In this document: positions 7,194 to 7,343 of the stretch, in pieces | How the letters are laid out: the number at the start of each line of letters is the position of its first letter | Numbering within the stretch: position 1 is the stretch's first letter | Origin: Selaginella moellendorffii | Taxonomy: Eukaryota > Plantae > Lycopodiophyta | Direction: 5' to 3' | Assembly: GCF_000143415.4 (NCBI RefSeq) | Contig: NW_003314467.1 | Location: 1-7,343, forward strand | Length of the DNA stretch: 7,343 nucleotides | Notes under the pieces: generated by a model | The model's database searches: none | The model's input: only the letters and a program-made list of their open reading frames with translations | Told to the model about the DNA's origin: nothing | Made by a program: the position numbers and the translations under genes

Positions 7194-7343
7194 CAAGGCA
7201 AAACTCTATGTATTTATGCAAAGTTCAATTAAAGTATCAATTTGTGAGGTTGAGCAATGGCATATGTTGGGACCCGAAGGCACGTCAAAAGTAAGGTAAT
7301 TAGCATGGGTTAGCTAGGTCAACCAAGCGTAAAGAACTATGCC

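Larger units (their letters stand above)
6054..7232 (+). pseudogene. Chromovirus-type integrase + chromodomain with two apparent introns (exons 6054-6333, 6381-6798, 6851-7232)
   Basis: MDFITGLP...DAIFVVVDRFSKMAYFIP...IISDRD..F.SRFW...STAYQPQT^DGQTERVNRQLEDYL...DW...L...YNNS.HSS...SP...FQLGEKVWL...RKLTQR^FVGPYKI..RIGKVAY...LP.....H.VFHVNLLK, then a chromodomain. After splicing this is one continuous frame with 7 in-frame stops (6210, 6425, 6674, 6698, 6906, 7074, 7110). Confidence 0.93.

Noticed and set aside
5059-7201. ORFs 5059-5268 (+), 6234-6503 (-), 6637-6831 (+), 7019-7201 (-)
   Set aside because: Antisense or off-frame shadows of RT, integrase and chromodomain.

Overview
Eukaryotic, land-plant nuclear DNA made entirely of decayed transposons and pseudogene fragments; no intact gene is present. 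The ~40-55 nt introns and the wording of a PLS-type PPR motif suggest Selaginella or a similar compact genome (inference). (1) 1-2452 (+) is the probable 3' portion of a non-autonomous Helitron, ending in hairpin + CTAG|T. It carries same-strand fragments of ARP5, a PPR gene and an unidentified multi-exon gene. (2) 2463-~5970 (-) is a degenerate non-chromovirus Ty3/Gypsy element (PR-RT-RH-INT, PPT, 167-bp 3' LTR), with a 194-bp solo LTR inserted in its RNase H. (3) ~6054-7232 (+) is a chromovirus-type integrase-chromodomain pseudogene. The most unusual feature is in (3): two short GT-AG inserts (47 and 52 nt) whose exact removal restores the frame and the conserved motifs PQTDGQTER and KL..RFVGPY, i.e. 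apparent spliceosomal introns inside a retrotransposon-type integrase. All protein family calls are from manual translation and recalled motifs, not database searches.
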